Below are positions 1 to 9,034 of a DNA stretch of 64,000 nucleotides, piece by piece. Location of the stretch: IMG/VR virus record IMGVR_UViG_3300038443_000757, positions 20,614-84,613 of that record, one strand, 5' to 3'. Position 1 is the stretch's first letter. Each line of letters opens with the position of its first letter. The stretch comes from a virus (Duplodnaviria > Heunggongvirae > Uroviricota > Caudoviricetes). The notes beneath the pieces were generated by a model. That model did not search any database, was not told the origin of the DNA, and saw only the letters and a list, made by a program, of their open reading frames with translations. A program made the translations under genes and the position numbers.

Positions 1-1
1 G

Positions 2-229
2 GCGCTTCTGCCTGACGCTGATACGAAGAGGTCAATACTAGGCAGGTTGATACCGTTGTGGCTTATATTCAAACACAGAGGCTTCACACATAGACTGTAT
101 GGGCTGTTCTTGTTCAGCACTGCATGCTTAGTTCTATTTGATAAAAATATAGCAGTTTCATTTTTTATTGGCTACTTATCTCATTTGATTCTTGATGCTT
201 TTACTGTCAAGGGACTCAAATGGCTATGA
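2..229 (+). CDS. 3' fragment of a membrane-bound metal-dependent hydrolase-like protein (YdjM/DUF457-like); ORF open at left window edge
   Basis: Frame open from nt 2 to stop at 229. Hydrophobic, with His motifs (FTHR, HLILD) like the YdjM family. Confidence 0.35.
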   Translation, partial: ALLPDADTKRSILGRLIPLWLIFKHRGFTHRLYGLFLFSTACLVLFDKNIAVSFFIGYLSHLILDAFTVKGLKWL

Positions 230-305
230 TAAGTAGTCTTTTTTTTGTTGTAATTTGTCGAAAAATATTTAATAGAAAAAGTTTTAAAAGATGAATAAAA
301 AGGTA

Positions 306-334
306 TTGACTTGCATACATACCGATGGTAATAT
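306..334 (+). promoter_or_regulatory. sigma-A-like promoter (TTGACT-17-TAATAT)
   Basis: -35 TTGACT at 306-311, 17-nt spacer, -10 TAATAT at 329-334. Lies upstream of the 376 ORF. Confidence 0.5.
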
Positions 335-375
335 TTAGACAAGAGATAAATGAAAGAAAAAATAAATGAAAGAGA

Positions 376-828
376 GTGAAAGTAGAAATGAAAAATTCAT
401 CAACACATAATCGTGTAATGGAGTTCATTGCTTTACTCAAAGGACATAAGAATAAAAATGGTCAAGACGCTCACGAACAAATTGAGAGTATGTTTCTAAT
501 GGGTAATTGTTATATGTTTGCCAGAACATTGAAGTTCGTTTTTCCTAGAGGTAAAATCTTGTATCGCGCATTTCCTTCTCATGCTGTTTTTAAAATTTCT
601 GGAAGGATTTATGATATTCGTGGAGATATTACAAGAAGTTATAGCGAACATTACTTTAGACCAATTACAGAAGAAGACGAAAAGAATGCTAGAACGTTTT
701 GTTACTCTGGAATAATGAATGGCCCCGTTGGACTTCAGGATGGCGAAAGGTTTATTGAAGAAGATGACTTTCTTCAAAGACTTGGAATTGAGAAAAATAC
801 TAAAATAGCGGAGGTAGTTGGCCAATGA
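376..828 (+). CDS. hypothetical protein
   Basis: 150-aa ORF after a promoter; its stop overlaps the next start (ATGA). Confidence 0.5.
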   Translation: MKVEMKNSSTHNRVMEFIALLKGHKNKNGQDAHEQIESMFLMGNCYMFARTLKFVFPRGKILYRAFPSHAVFKISGRIYDIRGDITRSYSEHYFRPITEEDEKNARTFCYSGIMNGPVGLQDGERFIEEDDFLQRLGIEKNTKIAEVVGQ

Positions 829-2027
829 GTAGATTTAAAGTTGGAGATATTATTGCGCCTAATCTTGAAACTGGTGTATTTATTCCCTATGTAATTACAG
901 GCAGAGACATGCTGAAGGCGAAAGTTGTTAAGTTGGTTATTGGTAATGATGATGATTTAATTATTAGAGTATTAGATCATATAGACAGCGAACATATTGG
1001 AACGGATTGGCCTGTAGATTCAAGATATTTCAAGCATATTGGATATGTAAGTGAAATAACTACTCTTGGTACCAGAAAGGAAGTTAAAAAAGAAGTGAAA
1101 GAATTTGATCTTAAAAAAATTAAGTCTCTTGAAGAACTAAATAATCTTAATGGTCTTGACAATGTAAAAAAGGAAATCAATGAAATCATGTTTGATGCAA
1201 AAGTTGCACAAATGCGTGAAAAGTTTAAACTTAAAAATACACCAAAGACTTTGCATATGATCTTTAAAGGAAATCCTGGCACTGGTAAAACTACAGTAGC
1301 TAGATTGGTTGGAGAGATTATGCGCGAAGCTGGTTTTTTGAAGGCAGGAAAAGATAAAGATAGTGTTCCATTTGTCGAAGTTACCCATAGTGATTTTACA
1401 AGTAAATACATGGGAGAGACAGAGCGTTATGTCAAACAGAAATTTGAAGAAGCAAAAGGAGGAATTCTATTTATTGACGAAGCATATTCATTCGTTGATA
1501 AAGGTGAAAATAACCAACTTAGGAACGCTGTAGCTTTGATTGTCAAGCTTATGGAAGATATGAGAGATCATGTCATTGTTATTGCCGCTGGATATGATGA
1601 AGACATGGAAAAATTCCTTGACTTTAATACTGGTCTTCGTTCTAGATTTGCAAATGTTTTACATTTCGAAGATTACTCTCCTGAGCAACTTGTTGGAATT
1701 GCAAAAGGATTCTGTGAAGAAAGAGATTATTCAATGTCTACAAGTTTTGTTAAACGTCTGAAACATGTAGTTTCCATTGAGATTAAAAAGAAGCATTTTG
1801 GAAATGCAAGAACTGTTCGCAATATTATTGAGAAAGCAATCAGAGCGCAAAGCAAACGAGTTTCTGAAGTTGCAGAACCTACACGTGAAAGTTTAATGGA
1901 ACTGAAGGATGAAGATATTTATTATGACGAAGAATATGCTTTAAAATTAATAAAAGAAGAGGGAGAAAGTAATATTAAAGAAGAAAAAGCTAAGTCGTTT
2001 TTCGAAAAACTTATGAAAAGTAAATAA
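825..2027 (+). CDS. AAA+ ATPase, SpoVK/CbbX-type, with N-terminal FKVGD module
   Basis: Walker A HMIFKGNPGTGKTTVARLVGEIM, Walker B ILFIDEAYS, C-terminal helical lid. GGAGGT RBS. Confidence 0.8.
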   Translation: MSRFKVGDIIAPNLETGVFIPYVITGRDMLKAKVVKLVIGNDDDLIIRVLDHIDSEHIGTDWPVDSRYFKHIGYVSEITTLGTRKEVKKEVKEFDLKKIKSLEELNNLNGLDNVKKEINEIMFDAKVAQMREKFKLKNTPKTLHMIFKGNPGTGKTTVARLVGEIMREAGFLKAGKDKDSVPFVEVTHSDFTSKYMGETERYVKQKFEEAKGGILFIDEAYSFVDKGENNQLRNAVALIVKLMEDMRDHVIVIAAGYDEDMEKFLDFNTGLRSRFANVLHFEDYSPEQLVGIAKGFCEERDYSMSTSFVKRLKHVVSIEIKKKHFGNARTVRNIIEKAIRAQSKRVSEVAEPTRESLMELKDEDIYYDEEYALKLIKEEGESNIKEEKAKSFFEKLMKSK

Positions 2028-2054
2028 AAGAATAAATAAAAGGAGGTATTAATT

Positions 2055-2738
2055 TTGAATACATTTACATTTAATCGCAATCCTCTTCAATTTGCTGGAA
2101 CGATTGAACAACCAGACAATGATCTTATTAAAAATACACTTGGCCTATGGTGTGCAAGTATTGAGGATGCAATTAGGTATGGTGGTGACATTACTAGAGA
2201 AGCCATTGGTGCAATGAATATTCGTAATGATAGGAAGTATGTTGTAGTGGATACAAAAATTACCATGCTTAAGCCGGGGTGGTGTCCAGCTATTCCCGGC
2301 TGGCATGTTGACGGCACTCCACGAACTACAGACGAAGGATTAACATATAACTTTTTTACAGGAAAACCAGATATTGAACAACAAGATATGATGCGTCCAG
2401 CTAGATTCCATTTATTGGTAACTGGTGAAGGTTGCCTTACCAACTTTGTGAATCAGAGAGTTAACATTGAACTTCCTAATAAAGATGCTAGATTGTTTCA
2501 GAAAATTTCTAAAGAAATTAATGAAAAGAGAAATGAACTTGACATTCTTACTGCTCCAAGTTGTCAAGTTGTGGAATTTGACTGGTGGGATATCCATGAA
2601 GGCGTTCTTGCAACAAAGAGTGAATGGAGATATCTTATCAGGGTTACGGAAACTGATCTTCTTGCGCCTGAAACTGATCTAAGGAAGATTATTCGTACTC
2701 AGCAACAAGTTTATGCAGAATTAAACTATGGATGGTAA
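2055..2738 (+). CDS. hypothetical protein (HxD...H metal-site-like motif; possible 2OG-Fe(II) oxygenase-like fold)
   Basis: TTG start 8 nt after AAAGGAGG. Motifs PGWHVDG ... ARFHLLV ... WRYLIRV. Confidence 0.5.
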   Translation: MNTFTFNRNPLQFAGTIEQPDNDLIKNTLGLWCASIEDAIRYGGDITREAIGAMNIRNDRKYVVVDTKITMLKPGWCPAIPGWHVDGTPRTTDEGLTYNFFTGKPDIEQQDMMRPARFHLLVTGEGCLTNFVNQRVNIELPNKDARLFQKISKEINEKRNELDILTAPSCQVVEFDWWDIHEGVLATKSEWRYLIRVTETDLLAPETDLRKIIRTQQQVYAELNYGW

Positions 2739-2753
2739 GGGAGAGGTTAATTA

Positions 2754-2990
2754 ATGGTTAAAAAAGAATTTACATTATATACAATTGGTGAAATTGTTGA
2801 TTTAATCGAAGAGGATGATCATGCTATCAATGTATCATGGTCAAGTCTTATGGGAAGCCATATTCGCATTGACAAAAAATCCAGTAAATTAATGATTAGA
2901 ACTTTGTATTCCTCCGAACATTCTTTAGAAGTGTATAAACATAAAACTCATGAACCAGAATGGATTTTAATGAAGGCAGATGAAGCGTGA
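2754..2990 (+). CDS. hypothetical protein
   Basis: 78-aa ORF, GGGAGAGG RBS. Confidence 0.5.
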   Translation: MVKKEFTLYTIGEIVDLIEEDDHAINVSWSSLMGSHIRIDKKSSKLMIRTLYSSEHSLEVYKHKTHEPEWILMKADEA

Positions 2991-3202
2991 TGAAACTTGG
3001 AGACGTTGTAAAGCATAAACGTTACGGCTACTATGGAACTGTAGAGTATTCTACATTTGGCTTTTCAATTCATACATGGAAAGATGGATATCTCACCAAG
3101 AGCCTTGGATTTGACGCTAGATATCTTTCTAAGCATTGGGAAGTCATTGAGCTTCCCGAAGGATGTAGGAAACATGAGAATGGTGGCATAGTGGATAATT
3201 AG
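2987..3202 (+). CDS. hypothetical protein
   Basis: ATGA overlap with the upstream gene; 71 aa. Confidence 0.45.
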   Translation: MMKLGDVVKHKRYGYYGTVEYSTFGFSIHTWKDGYLTKSLGFDARYLSKHWEVIELPEGCRKHENGGIVDN

Positions 3203-3364
3203 CGTTATGTTCCATTGATAAATAAAATAAATTATGATACGATTGTGGGTAAGAAGTCCTAGAGACTTTTTGCCCATATTTTTTTTACTTCAAAGTGTTA
3301 TAAAAAATGAATTTCGTGTATATACTATTATCATCAAAGAAAAAACTAAAAAGGAGATGTTGAA

Positions 3365-4168
3365 ATGATGACAAAAGTAAGCAAAGCAGAGTTCGAAGAA
3401 ACTCTTGGAAAGGTTCTTCAGGAAATCAAATTTGACAGGCACAAGGTAGAATCGGTAAAGGAAGAAATGTTCAAACACGGAGTTATGAGAGGTAAAGTTC
3501 AAAGAATTATCAATGGAACTGTCGGACTTGACAAACTTGACAATGAAGTGTTCTGTCTTCTGACAATAGCTGTTCACCATGTAACACAATTAATGATCAT
3601 CAATCCTTACGGATTTTTCTCAAAAGAAGAAATTGAAAAAGCGAAAAGCAGAATAAAGTCGAAAGATGTCGAAGTTGTCGAATATCCAATTGTTTTCAAA
3701 AATGTAATGCAGTCAAATGATAATGATTATGTGCTTCTTGAAAATGTGAAAACACTAATAAAACTTTACAACGCGAATTTGTTGAACTATAATTACGAAG
3801 TAACTAAGAATTATAAGTTTGAAAAGAATGTTGTTGGGAAAATGGTTAAAACGATTGACATCAATATGAGAGAAGTTAAAACAATTGCCAAGGATATCAT
3901 GGCGAATAAAGCAATTGTTGGACCAATTGTTGTAAATATACTACGTGATAGCTCAAATATTGCCTACAGCCCTCAACATAGAACACTGACAGTTAGCAAC
4001 GGAAAGATTGATATAATAAACGGAATTCACTATTTGAACGCTCTTGCATATGTTGTAGAAAGACAAAATGATTTTAACATGAAAGTTGAATTGGAAATAA
4101 AAAATTATAACTTGAATGAGATCAAAAGACTTTACAACATTCTCAAATTACAAGGGAGTGTCAACTAA
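3365..4168 (+). CDS. hypothetical protein with degenerate ParB/DGQHR-like motif
   Basis: RBS AAAGGAGATG. Motif SPQHRTLTVSNGKIDIINGIHYLNALAYV resembles a ParB/Srx-fold GxxHR box. Confidence 0.5.
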   Translation: MMTKVSKAEFEETLGKVLQEIKFDRHKVESVKEEMFKHGVMRGKVQRIINGTVGLDKLDNEVFCLLTIAVHHVTQLMIINPYGFFSKEEIEKAKSRIKSKDVEVVEYPIVFKNVMQSNDNDYVLLENVKTLIKLYNANLLNYNYEVTKNYKFEKNVVGKMVKTIDINMREVKTIAKDIMANKAIVGPIVVNILRDSSNIAYSPQHRTLTVSNGKIDIINGIHYLNALAYVVERQNDFNMKVELEIKNYNLNEIKRLYNILKLQGSVN

Positions 4169-5142
4169 TGGAGCTTTACAATGCAGATATCAAAGAATTG
4201 TTCTTAAATATGTATGAAAATGAAGATTCTAAATCAACCTACAAGAGAATATTCATTAAAAGTGCTGATACAGAGAGAGTTCTTGGCAAAGATTTAGCTG
4301 AATTCTCAAAGAGTGAAATAGAGGACTTTCTTTCAGATTTGGCACCATTGACAAGCGCCATATCTAGATCAAATGGCAGGATTGTAACATCTTATATATC
4401 TTGGTGCATTGATGCAGGATACAAGAAGGTTGTCATGAATCCATTGAAGCTTGTTGATTCAGAATGGTTTGACAAATTCGTTGACAAGTCTGTAAAGTTA
4501 TACTTCACTGAGAAAGAGATAACAGAGATTGAGCGATTCTGTGAGAATGCACAAGACGCAGTAATTATCAGACTATATTTCGAAGGTGTAGCGGGTAAAG
4601 ATTCTTGTGAAATCAGAAATCTAAACAAATTTGATGTTGACTTTAAAAACAACATCTTACATTTAAGAAATGAAAAAGGAATGCTCGCAAGAAGCATTGA
4701 AGTTTCTGACAGAACCATCAAATTGATCGAGGAAGCATTGAGTGAAAAAACTTACACAAAGAGAAATGGTCAAATGGAAGTCACTGAAAACATTAAAGAA
4801 TTTACAACATTAGTAGAAAATGATTATGTACTTCGTAACTCAGTTACCAAAACTGATAACTACAGTGGCGCTGTTCAATCTTCAGTTGTATACAGAAGAC
4901 TTAAAGTTATCAGTGAAACACTTGGTATTCCATACTTCACAGGAAAAAATATTCTTCGTTCAGGAATACTACACAGAGCAAAGGGGATGTTTCATAATAG
5001 AAAGTTTGATTATGAAAAGTTTAGACCACTTGCCGAAAGATTTAACATTAAAAATATTTATTCCGTTAAAGACTATTGCAACATTGAGACAATAGAAAGT
5101 CTTTATGAAGAAGATGAATATTGTGACGAATGCCGCACATAA
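4168..5142 (+). CDS. hypothetical protein, weak tyrosine-recombinase/integrase-like similarity
   Basis: TAATG overlap with the upstream gene. N-terminal SAM-like region; C-terminal LRSGILHRAK...Y patches like integrase box II. Followed by a terminator. Confidence 0.4.
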   Translation: MELYNADIKELFLNMYENEDSKSTYKRIFIKSADTERVLGKDLAEFSKSEIEDFLSDLAPLTSAISRSNGRIVTSYISWCIDAGYKKVVMNPLKLVDSEWFDKFVDKSVKLYFTEKEITEIERFCENAQDAVIIRLYFEGVAGKDSCEIRNLNKFDVDFKNNILHLRNEKGMLARSIEVSDRTIKLIEEALSEKTYTKRNGQMEVTENIKEFTTLVENDYVLRNSVTKTDNYSGAVQSSVVYRRLKVISETLGIPYFTGKNILRSGILHRAKGMFHNRKFDYEKFRPLAERFNIKNIYSVKDYCNIETIESLYEEDEYCDECRT

Positions 5143-5157
5143 TAGTGCGGTTTTTTG
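5133..5157 (+). terminator. rho-independent terminator
   Basis: CCGCAC-ataata-GTGCGG followed by TTTTTTG. Confidence 0.7.
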
Positions 5158-5185
5158 TTGTTTAAAATCCAATAGGTTATCTTTA

Positions 5186-5240
5186 TGGACTAAATATAAT
5201 ATATAATATTATTATTTATATATACTATATATTATTAAGT
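5186..5240. repeat. A/T-only low-complexity tract (TA-rich)
   Basis: About 55 nt with no G or C: aaatataatatataatattattatttatatatactatatattatta. Confidence 0.5.
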
Positions 5241-5343
5241 TATTTACCTCTATTATAATTAGTCCATTTTTGTAACCTTTTGGATTTTTTCTTTGGACTT
5301 GCATAATAAATCCGGTTTGTTCATAAAATGTTAATTTGGGGTA

Positions 5344-5372
5344 TTGACATGGTTTGGCTTATTTCTTATAAT
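5344..5372 (+). promoter_or_regulatory. consensus sigma-A promoter (TTGACA-17-TATAAT)
   Basis: Exact -35 and -10 hexamers with a 17-nt spacer. Confidence 0.65.
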
Positions 5373-5417
5373 GAGAACACGAACCAAATAAATTTCCATT
5401 GTAGGGAGAATGAAGAA

Positions 5418-5783
5418 ATGAACTTGACAAAAGAGAATAGCTGGCAATTGGGATTTTTGGTTCAAACGTCTTCCGACGAAAAGGAATTTAAAGACTTTTT
5501 CTGGCAAGGCGATGCAAGACAATTCTTCTCCATCTCTGCCTACAGAAGACACAAAATCAAGCAGATGAATATGGGCTTCGAAGAATTTCACAAGCTTTTT
5601 GACAAAAATGAAATACTCTCTATTCAAGATTTGTTTCAGCAACCTATAGACGATTACACAGCAAATAGAATATTAAATAAAATTGCTGGTGGGGATTTGA
5701 CTTCCAAGATTATCTATGATATGTTTATAGACGAAGAAAGGCAGTTAAATGTTGCAAGGCTTGTCCATGATCGGGTAAGGTAA
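5418..5783 (+). CDS. hypothetical protein
   Basis: ATG 7 nt after GGGAGAA. The ORF-track start at 5328 lies upstream of the promoter, so it was trimmed. Confidence 0.5.
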   Translation: MNLTKENSWQLGFLVQTSSDEKEFKDFFWQGDARQFFSISAYRRHKIKQMNMGFEEFHKLFDKNEILSIQDLFQQPIDDYTANRILNKIAGGDLTSKIIYDMFIDEERQLNVARLVHDRVR

Positions 5784-5876
5784 TTGTTGGTAGGAAATTT
5801 TCTGTTGACAAACCTAGCAACTTGTGCTAGAGTTTGTTTACAGGATAAATGAAAGAATAAATGAATGAGGTGATTA

Positions 5877-6104
5877 ATGTTGGAGAGCCATGAAGAGTTA
5901 AAAATTAAATGTACAAATACAGTAAAGCATTATGCAAGCGGAATTGTTTTCTTTGAAAAAGAAAAGGTTTATATAGCCTCTGTTTTTGGCAATAGCCTGA
6001 TTACCAAAGACGAAACAGGCTGTATCCGTACTGTTGCAACGAATAAAGAGAAGGATTGGATGAAAGATAAAGCGTTTAAAGAAATTTTTAAAGTTCAAGA
6101 ATAA
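5877..6104 (+). CDS. hypothetical protein
   Basis: 75-aa ORF with an RBS. Confidence 0.45.
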   Translation: MLESHEELKIKCTNTVKHYASGIVFFEKEKVYIASVFGNSLITKDETGCIRTVATNKEKDWMKDKAFKEIFKVQE

Positions 6105-6142
6105 TAAATTATACTAAACAGCGAAAGGTAGAGGGATACACA

Positions 6143-6397
6143 ATGAGTCATAACAAATACGAGGTAGAAGATTTTGTAAAGAATGCAATTTGGGAACTTT
6201 GTGATGCAGATGAAATCAAGAAGTCATCCAGACTTGTAAAAGATTTAGGATTGTCAGAAGAGGATATTGTTTATGTAGCAGATGACCTTCAAAGCGAGTT
6301 TGAGATTGATATCTATGAAGATGATATGGAAAGATGGGTAACTGTGCGGGATGTTATCAAATTCGTATTGAACAGCATTCAAGAACAGGAGTGGTAG
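6143..6397 (+). CDS. acyl-carrier-protein-like small acidic protein
   Basis: 84 aa. DLGLSEEDIVYVADDLQSEFEIDIYEDD mirrors the ACP [28 protein letters not shown] helix-2/3 region, with a candidate Ser in GLSE. Confidence 0.45.
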   Translation: MSHNKYEVEDFVKNAIWELCDADEIKKSSRLVKDLGLSEEDIVYVADDLQSEFEIDIYEDDMERWVTVRDVIKFVLNSIQEQEW

Positions 6398-6399
6398 AA

Positions 6400-6618
6400 A
6401 TGGAAGAAAAAGTGTTTGAACTCTACACGTGTATGTACGGAGCAATTCTCAAGGGAACAGCGTTTTCAATTGCAGTGTGGAGCAAAGACATGAAATCTGA
6501 TGGAGATTACAAGGTTAAAGTTACAGAATCTTCTGTTCTTGTGTACGATGAAAATGGCATTCCGTCAATGGTTATGACCAAAGGGGTTGAGCTTGTTGAA
6601 GAAGAAAATTGCAGTTGA
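6400..6618 (+). CDS. hypothetical protein
   Basis: ATG after AGGAGTGG. The ORF-track start at 6334 overlaps the upstream gene. Confidence 0.4.
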   Translation: MEEKVFELYTCMYGAILKGTAFSIAVWSKDMKSDGDYKVKVTESSVLVYDENGIPSMVMTKGVELVEEENCS

Positions 6619-7147
6619 TCTTGATTCTACGCTGAACAATCTTGATGAAGTATGGATGGCTCGTTATAACGCTGACTGGCACGACACAAAGACGGTTCTT
6701 GACATGACTGATTGGGACACGTCGAAGATTGTTAGGCCAGAATGCGGACAACGAATCTTTGAATATTTCCATGAAGAAGGATTTTTCGCCAATCTTGGTA
6801 TTCGTGAAGGTGCAAGAAATGTTATGGAATGGCTTAATGAACACTATGACATTTATATTGTAACAGCTTATCATTGGGCAAATTGTGCTGATAAAGCTAA
6901 GTGGGTTATGAAACATCTTCCATTCTTTGACATTAAAAGATTGACGTTCTTGAACGATAAATTTATGTTCAATGCTGATTATCTGGTTGATGATGGTGGA
7001 CATAATGCAGAAGTGTTTCCAAACAAAGTTTTGCTTTTCGATAATCCTTGTCCTTGGAATTGGTATCTTGGAGATAGATTCCAAAGAGCAAAAAGTTGGG
7101 AAGATGTTCATGATTTCTTTTTAAAAGAAATTATTTATGGAGAGTGA
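6587..7147 (+). CDS. 5'(3')-deoxyribonucleotidase, HAD superfamily
   Basis: N-terminal KKIAVDLDSTL (DxDxT). TTG start at 6587; alternative TTG at 6596 after AAAGGGG. Confidence 0.7.
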   Translation: MSLLKKKIAVDLDSTLNNLDEVWMARYNADWHDTKTVLDMTDWDTSKIVRPECGQRIFEYFHEEGFFANLGIREGARNVMEWLNEHYDIYIVTAYHWANCADKAKWVMKHLPFFDIKRLTFLNDKFMFNADYLVDDGGHNAEVFPNKVLLFDNPCPWNWYLGDRFQRAKSWEDVHDFFLKEIIYGE

Positions 7148-7416
7148 TTACAATGTGGTTCTGGATTGTGTATATCGTTTCTGTGATACTGGCCTACTTG
7201 GGCTTTAGGCAAATCACAGACAAGAAAATTCTTGAAGCTGATGGAATTAAATTGATAGATTTTATTATATTTTTTATAGCTGTTCTCACTCCATATTTTA
7301 ATAGTGTGGTTGCAATTATAGTAATTGTAGTAAATATTTTTGAAGTCATTGGACGTATAAATAACAGTCCTTTGTTGCTCGGAAAGATTATAAAGAAAAT
7401 AATGTTTTTTAAATAA
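7144..7416 (+). CDS. small membrane protein
   Basis: Two hydrophobic segments. Confidence 0.5.
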   Translation: MITMWFWIVYIVSVILAYLGFRQITDKKILEADGIKLIDFIIFFIAVLTPYFNSVVAIIVIVVNIFEVIGRINNSPLLLGKIIKKIMFFK

Positions 7417-7428
7417 GGAGGAATTTGA

Positions 7429-7683
7429 ATGATATTCTATATACTTTGGGGAGTGTCAACCTTGTTAACTCTCTTTATCTACAGGATTCATGCAAAATAT
7501 TTAGGAATTACTGGTAGTCTTTTTGTAGCAGTATTGTTAGCACTAATTGCTCTGATACCATTAGTAAATGTTGTTATTTCTTCACTATTACTTTTGATGG
7601 AATCAGATTTTTCGGACAATTGGAATTTGCAAGTTGCCGTAAGGAATGGAATTAAAAGAATTTTGTTTATAAAAAAACAATAA
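7429..7683 (+). CDS. small membrane protein
   Basis: AAGGAGG RBS, hydrophobic. Confidence 0.5.
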   Translation: MIFYILWGVSTLLTLFIYRIHAKYLGITGSLFVAVLLALIALIPLVNVVISSLLLLMESDFSDNWNLQVAVRNGIKRILFIKKQ

Positions 7684-7709
7684 ACCTAAAAAGGGGTAGA
7701 AAATAAACT

Positions 7710-9020
7710 ATGTATAATGCATATGTAACTAGAATCAAAAATATTCGTAAACATTCTAATGCTGATCGTCTTCAGGTGGCAACTGTGTTTGGCAATGATG
7801 TAATTGTTGGCCTGAATACACAAGAAGGTGATCTTGTAGTGTACTTCCCAACAGATGGAAAATTGGGTGAAGAGTTTGCCAAAGAAAATAAGCTTACACG
7901 TGAGCTTGGCGGATATTTGGACGATAACAAGAGACATGTAACGACTATCAAATTGCGTGGTGAGCGTTCGGACGGCCTTATTCTTGGGATTGAAAGCCTG
8001 AGCAAGTTCACTGATGTTAGCAAGCTAAAAGAAGGAGATACGATTAGTGTACTTGGAGGCGTAGAAATTTGTTCTAAATATGTACCTTATCGTAAACCAT
8101 CTAATCCTAATCCTTCTAGCAAAGTTAAGACTAAGAAGGCGGTTGAAGACAAAGAGTCTTTCCCTTTGTTCAAAGAACATAGTGATACAGCACAATTGGC
8201 TTATAACCTTGGTCAGTTTAAAGCTGGTGACGAGTGCGTTGTTACGCTTAAGATGCATGGAACTAGTCAACGCACTTCTTATACGATCAAAGAAGAAAAG
8301 GTAGAGCAAGGATTTCTTGCACGGTTGTTCAAGAGGAAAGATAAAATTAATACATCTTGGGATTACGTAACTGGAACACGTAGAGTCACGCTTAAGACGT
8401 TTGACAGTGGTTTCTACGGCTCCAACTCCTTCAGGCAACAATGGCACGATCTGTTCGTTGGAAAGCTCCACAAAGGGGAGAGTGTTTACTACGAGGTTGT
8501 AGGATACACAGACACAGGTAGTCTGATTATGGGTGAGTGTGATAACACGAAAACGAGAGATAAAGAGTTTATTAAGCAATACGGCAAAACTACACAATTC
8601 ACATATGGTTGCGAGTATGGTCAAAGTGATATTTATGTTTACCGTATGACTATGACGAATGAAGACGGTAATATTGTTGAATATCCTTGGCATCTTGTTA
8701 AAACTCGTTGTGAACAGATGGGTGTCAAGCACGTTCCAGAGCTTACAAAAGTTACATTTGGCAATTTAATTGGTGGATTTGGAGATGCAGAAGAAGATGA
8801 ACGAAAAATGTTTATGCATGTTGTAAACCTCTATGCTGATGGGCCTGATCCAATTGGCAAAAGTCACATTAGGGAAGGCGTAATTGTCCGTATTGACAAC
8901 AAAGAGAAGTTTACAGCATTCAAACACAAGTCGTTTAATTTCAAAGTTTTAGAAGGATTAATTAAAGCTGATGCTGAAGCTCCTGACATGGAAGAAAATC
9001 AAGACCAAGTAGAAGAATAA
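7710..9020 (+). CDS. RNA ligase (Rnl2/Rnl5-like nucleotidyltransferase) with N-terminal OB-like domain
   Basis: Motif I LKMHGTS (KxHGT), motif III ESVYYEVVGY, motifs IV/V REGVIVRIDNKEKFTAFKHKSFNFK. Confidence 0.6.
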   Translation: MYNAYVTRIKNIRKHSNADRLQVATVFGNDVIVGLNTQEGDLVVYFPTDGKLGEEFAKENKLTRELGGYLDDNKRHVTTIKLRGERSDGLILGIESLSKFTDVSKLKEGDTISVLGGVEICSKYVPYRKPSNPNPSSKVKTKKAVEDKESFPLFKEHSDTAQLAYNLGQFKAGDECVVTLKMHGTSQRTSYTIKEEKVEQGFLARLFKRKDKINTSWDYVTGTRRVTLKTFDSGFYGSNSFRQQWHDLFVGKLHKGESVYYEVVGYTDTGSLIMGECDNTKTRDKEFIKQYGKTTQFTYGCEYGQSDIYVYRMTMTNEDGNIVEYPWHLVKTRCEQMGVKHVPELTKVTFGNLIGGFGDAEEDERKMFMHVVNLYADGPDPIGKSHIREGVIVRIDNKEKFTAFKHKSFNFKVLEGLIKADAEAPDMEENQDQVEE

Positions 9021-9034
9021 ATGGAGGAATCCAG

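Noticed and set aside
4168-5142. Integrase as evidence of a temperate or prophage element
   Set aside because: No repressor/Cro pair, attachment-site repeats or host genes are visible. The gene sits in an operon of early phage genes and its catalytic motifs look degenerate. The window is interpreted as virulent-phage DNA.
5328-5417. ORF-track start at 5328 for the 5418-5783 gene
   Set aside because: It would begin upstream of the consensus promoter at 5344-5372 and has no RBS. The ATG at 5418 has GGGAGAA 7 nt upstream.
8025-8732. 235-aa minus-strand ORF inside the RNA ligase gene
   Set aside because: Lies wholly antisense to a well-supported plus-strand gene. No RBS. Low-complexity translation typical of an AT-rich shadow ORF. 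The same reasoning applies to minus-strand ORFs at 496-825, 977-1411, 6572-7111, 14865-15452, 21687-22217, 22523-23032, 24478-24936, 31725-32399, 34071-34781, 36760-37272, 38465-39073, 47210-47899, 47998-48483 and 48698-49120.
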